DNA of 64,000 bases from Gammaproteobacteria bacterium. Its GTDB lineage: Bacteria; Pseudomonadota; Gammaproteobacteria; Burkholderiales; Burkholderiaceae_C. The notes below the pieces were generated by a model. That model was not told where the DNA came from, did not search any database, and saw only the letters and a program-made list of their open reading frames with translations. Location: assembly GCA_025359085.1 (NCBI GenBank), contig JANYHL010000125.1:841-64840 (forward strand), read 5' to 3'. This document shows, piece after piece, positions 46,116 to 55,672 of the stretch. Both the position numbers and the translations under genes were made by a program. How positions within the stretch are numbered: the stretch's first letter is position 1; each line of letters begins with the position of its first letter.

Positions 46116-47702
46116 TCAATTGGTTTTTTGCGCCTTGCGCAACAAGGCATTAATGCTCGGGTAGTTGGCTGCCCAAAATGATTCCAGTACCGCATCCGCA
46201 CCTCCGGCTGGGTCTTTGGGGGTGTAGACAACAATCACGGCGCCGTCATCGCCACGTCCTGTCAACCGATAGAACGCGCTGTAAACCTTTGCCAGGTAAT
46301 CGTTGGCGGTCAAGGTGCCGTTAACCCAGTAGATTTGCCAAACCATCAACCGACTCTCATGGTCTGACTGACCGCGTGAGATGCCACGCAGCTCAGCGGT
46401 GCGCAATTCGCAGGTTTGTTGGTCGGCCAATTTGATCGAGCGGGTCGCGCTGGCGACCTGCGCCCATTGCGGGTCGTTGCTGCGTACCAATACATTGTTG
46501 GAACTGACCAATTTCTGGCTGTAATTTTGGCGGCGGTAATACCCCAGATACAGGCCAACCGCACGGCCCTGATTGACATAGCTCGCATTCATTTCAGCCG
46601 AAGGATTCTGAAACGCGGGTTTGAATGGCGGCACATGCGGGCTCGTGACTTGCCAGCTTGACGCCAGCGCCAACGGTGCCACCAGCTGCGTCGAGTCACC
46701 ATTTGGGCCAGTCTCAAACGCCCACAGAGCGACATGAGGCACGGCCATGAGTGCCGCGAAGCCAGCGGTTACCGTCCACAACCGAGGCGCAGTCATTGCC
46801 TGCTTTTTTGCAGCAGGAACCAAACCTCGGACAATTCCCGGTTGCTCGGACTCCGTCCAACGGGCACCAATGAGGAACATCAACATCATCACGATACCGA
46901 AAAAGAGCCAGCCATAAATCAGGTGGTCGACGCCCACGGCGAGTTTATTGCCCGAGAGGTGCCCCAGCATGACAATGATGTAAGCGCGCATCCAGTTGGC
47001 AACAATGGGAACCAGTAACGAAACGAGCACAAACAGGACACGACGTCCGGTCGACCGGTAGTTCAGGTAAGCGTAAAGGGCGCCGACGGTCAACGAAGCG
47101 ATCAGGTAGCGCACGCCACTGCAGGCCTCCACCACCGACCAATTGCCGGTAGGAATGACAAACTGAAGCCCCTCGCGATAGACCGGAACACCGCTCAGGC
47201 GCAGGGCCAGCACCGTAAAATTGGCAGTCCACTCCATGAGCTGGGGCATGAGAAATTCACCAATCGGAACCGCAAAAAACAGGAAACCCAAAGGGAAAAC
47301 AATCAAACGAGCGACCGACCATCCCAACACGGCCGGCACCGCAGAAACCAGCAGCGCTACAAATGCCAGTTGGGTCACCGCATTGACGGCCGTCAACTCT
47401 CCCAGAAGCCATGCCAGGGCTGCACCGGCGACAAACACCAGCACGCCAGGCGTTGGTCGGGGCACTTGCATTTCGATCAGCCGACGTTGTCGCCAGACCA
47501 ACCACAAGACAATCGGAGGGACCAGGAAGGCATGAGCAAACGTATCCGACCGGCTCCAGATCGTCACCATGGCGGAGCCAGTGTCGCGATACAGCAAGAG
47601 CGTCCAGAGCAAGAGCAGGACCAGAGCCGCGAGCGCATGCCGCCAGGCCTGACTCAGCTCGGAGCGGATAACGGCAGCGTAAGGCGTGGCAATAGCGTTC
47701 AT
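46116..47702 (-). CDS. xrtA: Exosortase A with C-terminal EpsI domain
   Basis: TM domain with catalytic-triad motifs VVEACSG (Cys), NWMRAY (Arg) and DHLIYGW (His); periplasmic EpsI-like C-terminus. Confidence 0.93.
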   Translation of the reverse strand: MNAIATPYAAVIRSELSQAWRHALAALVLLLLWTLLLYRDTGSAMVTIWSRSDTFAHAFLVPPIVLWLVWRQRRLIEMQVPRPTPGVLVFVAGAALAWLLGELTAVNAVTQLAFVALLVSAVPAVLGWSVARLIVFPLGFLFFAVPIGEFLMPQLMEWTANFTVLALRLSGVPVYREGLQFVIPTGNWSVVEACSGVRYLIASLTVGALYAYLNYRSTGRRVLFVLVSLLVPIVANWMRAYIIVMLGHLSGNKLAVGVDHLIYGWLFFGIVMMLMFLIGARWTESEQPGIVRGLVPAAKKQAMTAPRLWTVTAGFAALMAVPHVALWAFETGPNGDSTQLVAPLALASSWQVTSPHVPPFKPAFQNPSAEMNASYVNQGRAVGLYLGYYRRQNYSQKLVSSNNVLVRSNDPQWAQVASATRSIKLADQQTCELRTAELRGISRGQSDHESRLMVWQIYWVNGTLTANDYLAKVYSAFYRLTGRGDDGAVIVVYTPKDPAGGADAVLESFWAANYPSINALLRKAQKTN

Positions 47703-48937
47703 AGCGCCTCTCGTGCTGGCCGGCTGGCGTCCAGATAGCGGTCAATGCCACCCAGGTGAGCGCTCCAACTGTAGCTCGCAAGCACCCGTAGGCGCGCCGA
47801 CTGCCCGATGGCAGCCGCTCGGGTCGGCGTCTTCAGCACCGCGTCTATTTCGCGCACAAAGCCGTGGACCCCTGAGGCACAAATCAGTTCCTCACTGCGT
47901 GTCTTGATGGCTTGTGCGCAAGATCGCGAGGCCACCACCGGTCGCCCCATTGCCATGGCCTCCAATATTTTGTTCTGCAATCCACGCGCCACCCGCAAGG
48001 GCGCCACCACCAATGCGGCGTGCTGCAAATAGGGTCGAACATCCGGCACGGTGCCAGTGACCACGACTGAATCAGACGCCAGAGACAAGACTGCAGGTGG
48101 TGGGCTGCGCCCCACAATGTAGAAGCGCACAGTTGGCCATAACTGGCGTAAACGCGGCAGAATGTCACACGCAAACCAGGTCACCGCATCCACATTCGGC
48201 CAGTAATCCATGGCGCCGGTGAACACCACCGGTATCCGCGCGGGCTGTTCGCCCGGCCCGGCAAAGGGCGAAGGGCGTGCCGGGTCAGGCGAGAAATAAT
48301 CGGTATCGACGCCGTTGCTCATGGCAACGACCGAATCGACACACTCTGGCGCCATCTTTTGAAACATGGCCGCTTCACTTTCAGTCACAAAAAATGATTT
48401 CTCCGACCGAGCTGCCACCGCACGCTCGAAGTCACGCAAGCGCTCACCCTCGCGTCGGTACAACCATGACAGGGGCCACCGGTGGCTCGGGGCGTACTGC
48501 GTCCATTTGGCTGAGTCAACATCAACAAAATCGACCAGCATCGGCGGTGAGGTGACGCCGGGCACGGCCGGCACATACTGAGCCATGACGGACGAGAAAA
48601 TCACCGTCGCATCAATCGGGTGTTGTGCCAAGGTCTGCTGGACCCAGGCTTGCAACCCCGCATCCTGGTAGTAACGCAAGCTCAAGGGCTGTTGACTGAG
48701 CAAGGCAGAGAGGCTGCGAAGTTTGGCAAGCCGGGGGTGAAGCCGCGCCACGTGCAGATCCGGGCACATCTTTCGCACTGTCTCAACATAGGCCTCATCT
48801 TGCGGGTCGTCCACAAAAGTGCCGAGGAAAACACGGTGCCGTGCGGTCAGGTGTTTGAGCAAATGGTAGGAGCGAACTTTGTCGCCCTTGTTCGGCGGGA
48901 ATGGAAGCCGGTGCACCAGGTAAAGCAGGTTGGCCAT
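47699..48937 (-). CDS. GT4 sugar transferase, PEP-CTERM-associated (TIGR03087-like)
   Basis: HRLPFPPNKGDKVRS, DFVDVDSAKW, FTGAMDYWPNVD, ARGLQNKILEAMAM. Confidence 0.92.
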   Translation of the reverse strand: MANLLYLVHRLPFPPNKGDKVRSYHLLKHLTARHRVFLGTFVDDPQDEAYVETVRKMCPDLHVARLHPRLAKLRSLSALLSQQPLSLRYYQDAGLQAWVQQTLAQHPIDATVIFSSVMAQYVPAVPGVTSPPMLVDFVDVDSAKWTQYAPSHRWPLSWLYRREGERLRDFERAVAARSEKSFFVTESEAAMFQKMAPECVDSVVAMSNGVDTDYFSPDPARPSPFAGPGEQPARIPVVFTGAMDYWPNVDAVTWFACDILPRLRQLWPTVRFYIVGRSPPPAVLSLASDSVVVTGTVPDVRPYLQHAALVVAPLRVARGLQNKILEAMAMGRPVVASRSCAQAIKTRSEELICASGVHGFVREIDAVLKTPTRAAAIGQSARLRVLASYSWSAHLGGIDRYLDASRPAREAL

Positions 48938-48944
48938 GATGAGT

Positions 48945-49982
48945 TCAGCCCAGGTTGCGCACAACAAAAGGGCCCAACCAATTGGTAAGCACCAGCGGCA
49001 GGCGACGCCAGGTGGCGATCAGCAGCTTGAATCTGGCATTGGAGGGGTTGTTTTGTGGCACGTCATCGCGCTTATACAGACAATATTCATAGTGCAGCGG
49101 TGTGGGCTCAAAACCCCAGTTCTTTTTGAACGCGTAAGAACCTGTGCCCTGTTTGCTGCGGCCATAGTCAAACACCGTGAGACCGCGCGCGCAGGCGCGG
49201 CGCATCAATTCCCAGTATTTGAAATCGTTGGCAGCGAATTCGCGCGCGGGCTCAAAGTCGCCTGCGTAATAGGGCAAGACCTCGCCCCGAAAATAAAAAC
49301 TCAAGACACTGCTCAGCGCCCGGCCATCGGGTGCACTCACCGTCAGCACCTCACAATCGGGTCCAAACTCAGCCAGCAAGGCCTGAAAGTAGCGCTTGGG
49401 CAGGGCGGGCGTGCCATGGCGGCGAACGTTGTCGGCATAGAGGGCAAAAAAACGTTCTACATCAGGGTCAATCGTGCTGACCAGGTCATTCTTGATGCCT
49501 TTGCGCACCATGGCCCGCTGCTTGCGCGGAATGGCCAGTAAATTGGCTTCTTCCTCCATTAGAATTTCCTTGCGAAACGTGACGTACAGGTCTTGCTTGG
49601 GCCAGTCTGCATGACGCGGATTGATGTTGCGCCATTCAAGATGCGCCACACCCAGTCGCCTTGCGATCCCTTGTGCTTCCTGCTCCAGGACTTGTGCCAC
49701 TTCCTCGCTGGCAGCAGCGATGCCGCCATAGACCGCAAAGGGCAAACCTGAGAGAGAGTTGCCAAACAACCAACTGTTGACATGGCCTAGCGGCAGCACA
49801 CCCAGAATTTCACCATCCGACTCGGCATACAGGAAATAGGTGTCATGATGAAAAATACCATGCACTATTTTTTGCCAACCTGCGCGGTGGAAAAACGTGC
49901 TCTCCGGGCTGGCCATCACAAACGCATCCCAGCGCTGGGCGGTGGCAATGTCGGTGGGCATGAGACGCTTGATGTTTAACAT
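48945..49982 (-). CDS. FemAB-like protein, PEP-CTERM-associated (TIGR03019-like)
   Basis: STFFHR, LPFAVYGG, PRKQRAMVRK, PYYAG, YWELMRRA, FDYGRSK, FKKNWG. Confidence 0.9.
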   Translation of the reverse strand: MLNIKRLMPTDIATAQRWDAFVMASPESTFFHRAGWQKIVHGIFHHDTYFLYAESDGEILGVLPLGHVNSWLFGNSLSGLPFAVYGGIAAASEEVAQVLEQEAQGIARRLGVAHLEWRNINPRHADWPKQDLYVTFRKEILMEEEANLLAIPRKQRAMVRKGIKNDLVSTIDPDVERFFALYADNVRRHGTPALPKRYFQALLAEFGPDCEVLTVSAPDGRALSSVLSFYFRGEVLPYYAGDFEPAREFAANDFKYWELMRRACARGLTVFDYGRSKQGTGSYAFKKNWGFEPTPLHYEYCLYKRDDVPQNNPSNARFKLLIATWRRLPLVLTNWLGPFVVRNLG

Positions 49983-49989
49983 GGGCGGC

Positions 49990-50865
49990 TCAAGCGGCGT
50001 TCGCTGGTTGACTGAATCGGTCCAGGAAGATTTGGTCCATACGTCCCCACTTGAAGTCACCGAGCAAGCGGTTCAGACGACCTTCCATGCGCTTAATATT
50101 GACGTAATGCCGAAACCGGGTCTTGCTGCTGATGCCCTCAATGCGAGGCTGTCCAGGGTCAATCTCCCAGGGATGAAAATAGAAGATGCCTGACTGATGC
50201 TCATGGCCGTTCACCCGACTGAGCATCCAATGGGACCAGGCATAGGGCAGCAATCTGAAGTAGCCCCCCCCACTGGAGGGCAAGTTGCGGTTAAACAACC
50301 GCAACGTGGTAATCGGAATTTCCATCAACCCGGGACGCACTTCATAGGCAAAACGAGGCGAATCCGGCATGCCATAGTGATCGTGCCGAATCGGGTAGAC
50401 GCTGGAGCTGTAGCGGTAACCCGCCCGGGCCAGGCAGTCAAAGGCCCAGAGATTGCCACTGCCAATTGAAAAACTGGGGGCACGATAACCGTTGACTACG
50501 CTGCCTGCCACATCTTCCAGAATAATCTTGGCCAGTTGAATGTCGGCAAAAAATGCGGCTTCGGTTTGATCGCTGGCACGCTCATGGCCATAACCATGAC
50601 TGGCCAGTTCATGCCCTTGGCGCACGATGTGCCGTACCAACTCAGGATAACGCTCAGCAATCCAGCCGAGCGTAAAAAATGTAGCCTTGGTATCGGTGTC
50701 GGCGAGCATTTCAAGGATGCAATCAATATTACGTTCTATCCGGCATTCACGCAGATTCCACTCGGAGCGGGCAATATGCGGCGCAAATGCCGAAACCTGA
50801 AAATAGTCTTCCACATCAATAGTCAACGCATTGGTGAGGGGAGCAACTGGCATAGAAATTTTCAT
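49990..50865 (-). CDS. Polysaccharide deacetylase, XrtA system (TIGR03006-like)
   Basis: NALTIDVEDYFQV, ATFFTLGW, HELASHG, GYRAPSFSI, GGGYFRL, FYFHPWEID. Confidence 0.93.
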   Translation of the reverse strand: MKISMPVAPLTNALTIDVEDYFQVSAFAPHIARSEWNLRECRIERNIDCILEMLADTDTKATFFTLGWIAERYPELVRHIVRQGHELASHGYGHERASDQTEAAFFADIQLAKIILEDVAGSVVNGYRAPSFSIGSGNLWAFDCLARAGYRYSSSVYPIRHDHYGMPDSPRFAYEVRPGLMEIPITTLRLFNRNLPSSGGGYFRLLPYAWSHWMLSRVNGHEHQSGIFYFHPWEIDPGQPRIEGISSKTRFRHYVNIKRMEGRLNRLLGDFKWGRMDQIFLDRFSQPANAA

Positions 50866-52058
50866 AAGGCAACCGACTTCGATGCCATGGCTGCTTGCCG
50901 CTGCTTCAGCCACGGGTACATGTCGGCGGCGATCCGCTGCGCCGCCTGCCCATCCCAAAGCTCGGGCAAGCGACCGCGCTTTCCTTTGCCAGCCAGGATG
51001 TCCCTTACCGCACCCAAAATGGCGGCCCGATGGCGGCCCACGAGCGTGTTGGTGCCTTGCTCCACGGTGATCGGACGCTCGGTATTTTCCCGCAGCGTCA
51101 GGCAAGGCACCCCCAGCGCCGTGGTTTCCTCCTGTAACCCGCCTGAGTCCGTCAGCACCACCGTGGCTTCGGCCATCAGTCCCAGCATTTCAAGATAGCC
51201 CTGCGGCGGCAGCAAGGCCATGCGCGCGGGGTCAATCAAGTTCATCAGACCAAACCGCTCAATATTGTTGCGGGTACGCGGATGCAGCACAAAAACCAGG
51301 GGCAAGCTGGTGGCGACCTCACTCAGTACGCCAAGCAATGCGCGCAAAGTCTCAAGGTGATCCACATTGGAGGGGCGATGCAAGGTCACCACCCCCAAGC
51401 CCAAAGGGTGCTTAAAAACCGCAGGGTCGATTTGACACGCTTGTAGCGTGTCGCGCGCGCTTCGGGCGTTGGCCCGGCCAAAAAACACCGAGTCAATCAT
51501 GACGTTTCCGGCAAAACAGACCCGGTCTGGCGCGACACCCTCGCGCACCAGGTTGTCTTGCGCCGTGCGTTCTGTGGTGTAGAGTCGATCAGCAATCTGG
51601 TCGGTCAGTATGCGGTTGATTTCTTCCGGCATGGTACGGTCATAACTGCGCAGTCCAGCCTCGATATGCACCACTGGCACGCCTTTTTTGACGGCTACCA
51701 ACGCGCAAGCCAGCGTGGAATTCACGTCTCCGACGACCGCCACGCAGGAGGGCAGGTAGGCATCAAGGACGGGCTCGAACCGGCGCATCACCTCAGCCGT
51801 CTGCATCGCGTGCGTGCCCGACCCCACTTCAAGATTGACATCCGGGGTGGGCAAGCGCAGGTCTTCAAACAGACGCTCACTCATATCCTTGTCGTAATGC
51901 TGGCCGGTGTGCACCAGTAGCACCGGCAGCGCGGGCACATGAGCGGCCATGGCCCGCAGAATAGGCGCCATCTTCATGAAGTTGGGGCGCGCACCGACGA
52001 CGCAAATCACAGGCCTCAACTCTCCATCTGCTGCTTGCCGACGCGTCGGCCCATTCAT
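50862..52058 (-). CDS. wecB: UDP-N-acetylglucosamine 2-epimerase (non-hydrolysing)
   Basis: VGARPNFMK, HTGQHYD, HIEAGLRS, EEINR, TLHRPSN, DSGGLQEE, TERP. Confidence 0.93.
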   Translation of the reverse strand: MNGPTRRQAADGELRPVICVVGARPNFMKMAPILRAMAAHVPALPVLLVHTGQHYDKDMSERLFEDLRLPTPDVNLEVGSGTHAMQTAEVMRRFEPVLDAYLPSCVAVVGDVNSTLACALVAVKKGVPVVHIEAGLRSYDRTMPEEINRILTDQIADRLYTTERTAQDNLVREGVAPDRVCFAGNVMIDSVFFGRANARSARDTLQACQIDPAVFKHPLGLGVVTLHRPSNVDHLETLRALLGVLSEVATSLPLVFVLHPRTRNNIERFGLMNLIDPARMALLPPQGYLEMLGLMAEATVVLTDSGGLQEETTALGVPCLTLRENTERPITVEQGTNTLVGRHRAAILGAVRDILAGKGKRGRLPELWDGQAAQRIAADMYPWLKQRQAAMASKSVAL

Positions 52059-53158
52059 GAATGACTCTCCTGGCTCGGTTTTCGCACCGCCATAATCATT
52101 TTTTGCAGCATGGCAAGAACTTCAAGATTGATTCGCTCAATCCGAAGCATGCTGAGTTCAAGGCGGCGCAAACGGCCATCGTATTGCTCGGTGCCCAAGC
52201 CTTCGATTTGGCTGCAAAGAGCCCCCGCCAAGGCGGATGAAACCTGTAATTTGGAGGCATCCACACCGCTAGCTTCACTGCTCGTACTTTGAGCGTCCGC
52301 GTCAGCAGGACCAGGTCCAGCGGAAGCGATCCTGTTGACCGAAACCGCCGATTCATCATGGAGTTCATTCACCACTTCATTGACATCCTCCACATCAAAT
52401 GCGTCCTTGCTGCCCAGGAACCCAAGCAGCAACAGGCGGTCGCAGGTCAAATTGATGCGGCGGGGAATGCCTCCTGAGGCCTTGAAAATCGCCTCAAAGG
52501 CAGCGTCAGCAAAAGTGGGTCGCCCGACGGCGCCAGCGCACTTGAGACGATGTTCGACATAGCCCCGTGTTTCCTCTTTGTCCAGGGGTCCAATATGGCA
52601 AGTGGCCGTCACGCGTTGCCTGAGTTGCTGCATGGTGGGGCTCTGCAAAATACTGCGGAACTCGGGCTGCCCCACCAGAAATGTCTGCAGTAACGCTTGT
52701 TGGCCAAACTGAAAGTTAGACAACATGCGTAATTCTTCAACCGCCCTGGCCGTCAGGTTTTGCGCTTCGTCAACAATCAACAGGCAGCGTCGCCCCTGGC
52801 TGGTTTGATTGACCAGATAGGCCTCTAGCGCCATCAGTACATCGGCCTTGGACACATCCTTAACCCGCACACCAAAGGCCGCACCCACCATGCGCAAGGT
52901 GTCTTCGGCATCGAGCTGCGTGGTGACGAGGTTGGCGGCCACCACCTTGCTGGGGTCCAGACTGGCGAGCAGGCCGCGCACAATGGTGGTCTTTCCTGCA
53001 CCTACCTCACCAGTAATTACAATGAACCCTTCATTGCGTTGCACGCCGTACTCGAGGTAAGCCTTGGCACGGCGGTGCTGTTTGCTTCCAAAATAGAAGC
53101 TGGGGTCAGGGTTAAGCTGAAAAGGTTTGCTACTCAACCCGTAATATGTTTCATACAT
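52055..53158 (-). CDS. ExeA-like AAA ATPase, PEP-CTERM-associated (TIGR03015-like)
   Basis: YGLSSKPFQLNPDP, GEVGAGKTT (Walker A), LIVDEAQNL (Walker B), GIPRRIN. Confidence 0.93.
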   Translation of the reverse strand: MYETYYGLSSKPFQLNPDPSFYFGSKQHRRAKAYLEYGVQRNEGFIVITGEVGAGKTTIVRGLLASLDPSKVVAANLVTTQLDAEDTLRMVGAAFGVRVKDVSKADVLMALEAYLVNQTSQGRRCLLIVDEAQNLTARAVEELRMLSNFQFGQQALLQTFLVGQPEFRSILQSPTMQQLRQRVTATCHIGPLDKEETRGYVEHRLKCAGAVGRPTFADAAFEAIFKASGGIPRRINLTCDRLLLLGFLGSKDAFDVEDVNEVVNELHDESAVSVNRIASAGPGPADADAQSTSSEASGVDASKLQVSSALAGALCSQIEGLGTEQYDGRLRRLELSMLRIERINLEVLAMLQKMIMAVRKPSQESHS

Positions 53159-53161
53159 GGG

Positions 53162-54721
53162 TCAGAACTGCACATTGAAACTGACGGTAAGGGCGTTTTC
53201 ACCATAAGGCGCAGTGGCACTGCTATAAACCACGCGCCGAAGGCCAACAGAAGCTGCAGCGTTTTTGCCAACTTTGCCCATGATCTGAATACTCAGCAGG
53301 CGCAGGCGGGTCTCTTGCAAGCTCGATACCCCCGATGTATCTTGTTGTGAGGCCAGAACACCCAGCGAATAATCAGGTGTCAGACGATGCGAATAATTGG
53401 CGCTGAAGCCGTGCTGGCGAAGCACGGATGAAGACGTGAAGTCATCAACACCAGTCGACACCGTGTCAAGCCGACGGCCCTCACTTCGGCTTGCGAGGAA
53501 GGTGATGGTGTCGCGCACCCCCAGCAAGGCAAACGACAAGTCCTGGCGCCGTTGCAAGGACACAGCCGAGGTCAGGGCGTTGCTGATCACCCGGGCGTCA
53601 GGGCTGATGCCGTTACTTTGCAAATAGGCCTTGACCAACTGGGCTCGTGCGACTTCGTTCGGCTCCAGATAAGCAAACTGGCTGAACAAAAGATCGTAGA
53701 TGGCGCCCAGGCCGACACCCCGGGTCTGTTCGGGTCCGGTTGAAACCTCTTTCACATCGGAAAATTTCCAAGCAGTGCGAGCCGTTCGGTGCTCGAAACT
53801 GACATTGTGCGCATCGCCGAAAGGACGCCGGTCCAGTGCCACTGACAATTTACTCGTCTCCGACGGTGACCAGATCACGGCCACACCGCTGGTGTCGTAA
53901 CTTTGCATTTCGACACTGGTGTAATTGTTTTTTTCACGCCCAGCCCTAACCGACACGCTGAGCTGCGGGGTAATGGCATAGGACAAGCCAAGGTTGAGTC
54001 GCTCAGCTTCGGTCTGGCGCCCGACGTTGTAATCGGCAGTTTGCTGGCTGGCATCAGCCAACCAGCCAAGATTGCCAAAGGCACTGTCCGCACCGACCTT
54101 GACGGCAGCATCGACCGTCGTCACACCAGAGCCTAGGGCGGCATCGCTGCTGGTGACGCCCCGGCTGTATCGCACCTCATAGTTGGCAACATTCCCCACG
54201 CGCCCGCGTATATAAGGTGATAACCGGTACGTCGAAACCTCGGCCCGATTGGGGTTGACCGACGTATTGTCCGTGGACGGGGCGCCAAATGCGGAAATCG
54301 CCTGTTGCGAAATAAAGCCACTGAAATCGAGATAAGCCCAGTTGTCGAGAACCTCCAGCGTGCCAAATGTGTTGAGGGCATTTTGCGATTGCCGGGGCGA
54401 GGAGCCTTGCGCGTAAAACAATTCATTGCGTGAATAATCAAAATAAGCCTGAACCCGCGCACCTTCCACGCTGACGCGAATGCCGGGACTGATCTGGGTA
54501 ATTTGTTCAGACTGGGGTGCGGAAGCACTCAGACCCACGTTATCCGTCAGAACTTCGGTGATCGCAAGGCGCGGCACCACCGTCACCACTCGCCGTGGAC
54601 CCGTCTCCGCAACGACGCCCTGCGCACAAGCGCCAACCGACGCCATCACCAACAAACCAGCGCTTGGGACGCGAGCCACCCGCGTCCGCCATGAGCGCAA
54701 TGAAAGCGGGCTGCACATCAT
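53162..54721 (-). CDS. Outer-membrane beta-barrel protein, PEP-CTERM-associated (TIGR03016-like)
   Basis: Signal-like N-terminus, TDNV motif, alternating amphipathic strands, terminal Phe (VSFNVQF). Confidence 0.85.
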   Translation of the reverse strand: MMCSPLSLRSWRTRVARVPSAGLLVMASVGACAQGVVAETGPRRVVTVVPRLAITEVLTDNVGLSASAPQSEQITQISPGIRVSVEGARVQAYFDYSRNELFYAQGSSPRQSQNALNTFGTLEVLDNWAYLDFSGFISQQAISAFGAPSTDNTSVNPNRAEVSTYRLSPYIRGRVGNVANYEVRYSRGVTSSDAALGSGVTTVDAAVKVGADSAFGNLGWLADASQQTADYNVGRQTEAERLNLGLSYAITPQLSVSVRAGREKNNYTSVEMQSYDTSGVAVIWSPSETSKLSVALDRRPFGDAHNVSFEHRTARTAWKFSDVKEVSTGPEQTRGVGLGAIYDLLFSQFAYLEPNEVARAQLVKAYLQSNGISPDARVISNALTSAVSLQRRQDLSFALLGVRDTITFLASRSEGRRLDTVSTGVDDFTSSSVLRQHGFSANYSHRLTPDYSLGVLASQQDTSGVSSLQETRLRLLSIQIMGKVGKNAAASVGLRRVVYSSATAPYGENALTVSFNVQF

Positions 54722-55665
54722 GGCTGCATGGACAGGGACGACAATCCCGGCCGCGCTTGCTCATGGCCGTAGCCATAACCATAGCCGTAGCCCCCCTTGG
54801 CAGCGGTGGTCGCCTGGTTCAACAACATCAACTTCACGGGGCAGGCTTCGATCATGGCCAGCGCTTGTACAACATCTGACTGTAGAGTCTTCCCCGCTTG
54901 CACCACCACCACCACCTGGCCCATGCTGGCGGCCAGCACGCGCGCTTCAGTCGCAAGAAGCAGGGGCGGCGAATCAAAAATCACGATGCGGTCCGTGTAG
55001 CGGGTGGCCATATCCGTGAGCAGTCGGGTCATCGCGTCACTGGCCAGCAATTCAGTCGCTCGGGCATGCGGCGTGCCACTGGGCAACAAGGTCAGTTTGT
55101 CAATGTTCGTTCTCAGCATCACGCTGGACAGATCCTTCGATTCATCGAGCACCAGATCGAGCAAACCCGGGCCATCAGGCAAGCCCATCACCGCCATCAC
55201 CGAGGGACGCGAAACGTCAGCATCCACCAACATGACCGTGTAATCAAGCTCAGTGGCCATGCTCATCGCCAAATTAATGGCGGAAAAAGTCTTTCCTTCA
55301 CCAGGCAATGCGCTGGTGACCATGATCAAGTTGCCATGGGCGACGGCCGAGGCCCCTTTGCCCATGGCATTACTGATCAGCGGCCGCTTGACAACCCGGA
55401 ATTGATCTGCAATTTGGGAGCGCGGCGCATTTGGACTGACAATGCCCGCTCGTGCGAGCGCCTCCAGATCAATGCCAATGCGTCGTGACAGGGTGGTTGA
55501 GCCCAGATCAGGCCCCGTCCTTGCCTCTGCATTTCGAAGGGCCTCGGTCGTCAGGTGCCCGTTGGCATCAGCTGCTTGCGCCGCGGGCGTGGCGGCAGGC
55601 ATCTCGGCCCCGGCCTGGCGAAGTTGTTCCAGGCGCACTGCCGCCTGCTCGATCAAGCTACTCAT
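54718..55665 (-). CDS. BY-kinase (Wzc cytoplasmic half; TIGR03018-like)
   Basis: SALPGEGKTFS, LVDAD, IFDSPP, C-terminal GYGYGYGYG tyrosine cluster. Confidence 0.93.
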   Translation of the reverse strand: MSSLIEQAAVRLEQLRQAGAEMPAATPAAQAADANGHLTTEALRNAEARTGPDLGSTTLSRRIGIDLEALARAGIVSPNAPRSQIADQFRVVKRPLISNAMGKGASAVAHGNLIMVTSALPGEGKTFSAINLAMSMATELDYTVMLVDADVSRPSVMAVMGLPDGPGLLDLVLDESKDLSSVMLRTNIDKLTLLPSGTPHARATELLASDAMTRLLTDMATRYTDRIVIFDSPPLLLATEARVLAASMGQVVVVVQAGKTLQSDVVQALAMIEACPVKLMLLNQATTAAKGGYGYGYGYGHEQARPGLSSLSMQP

Positions 55666-55672
55666 ATTTGAT

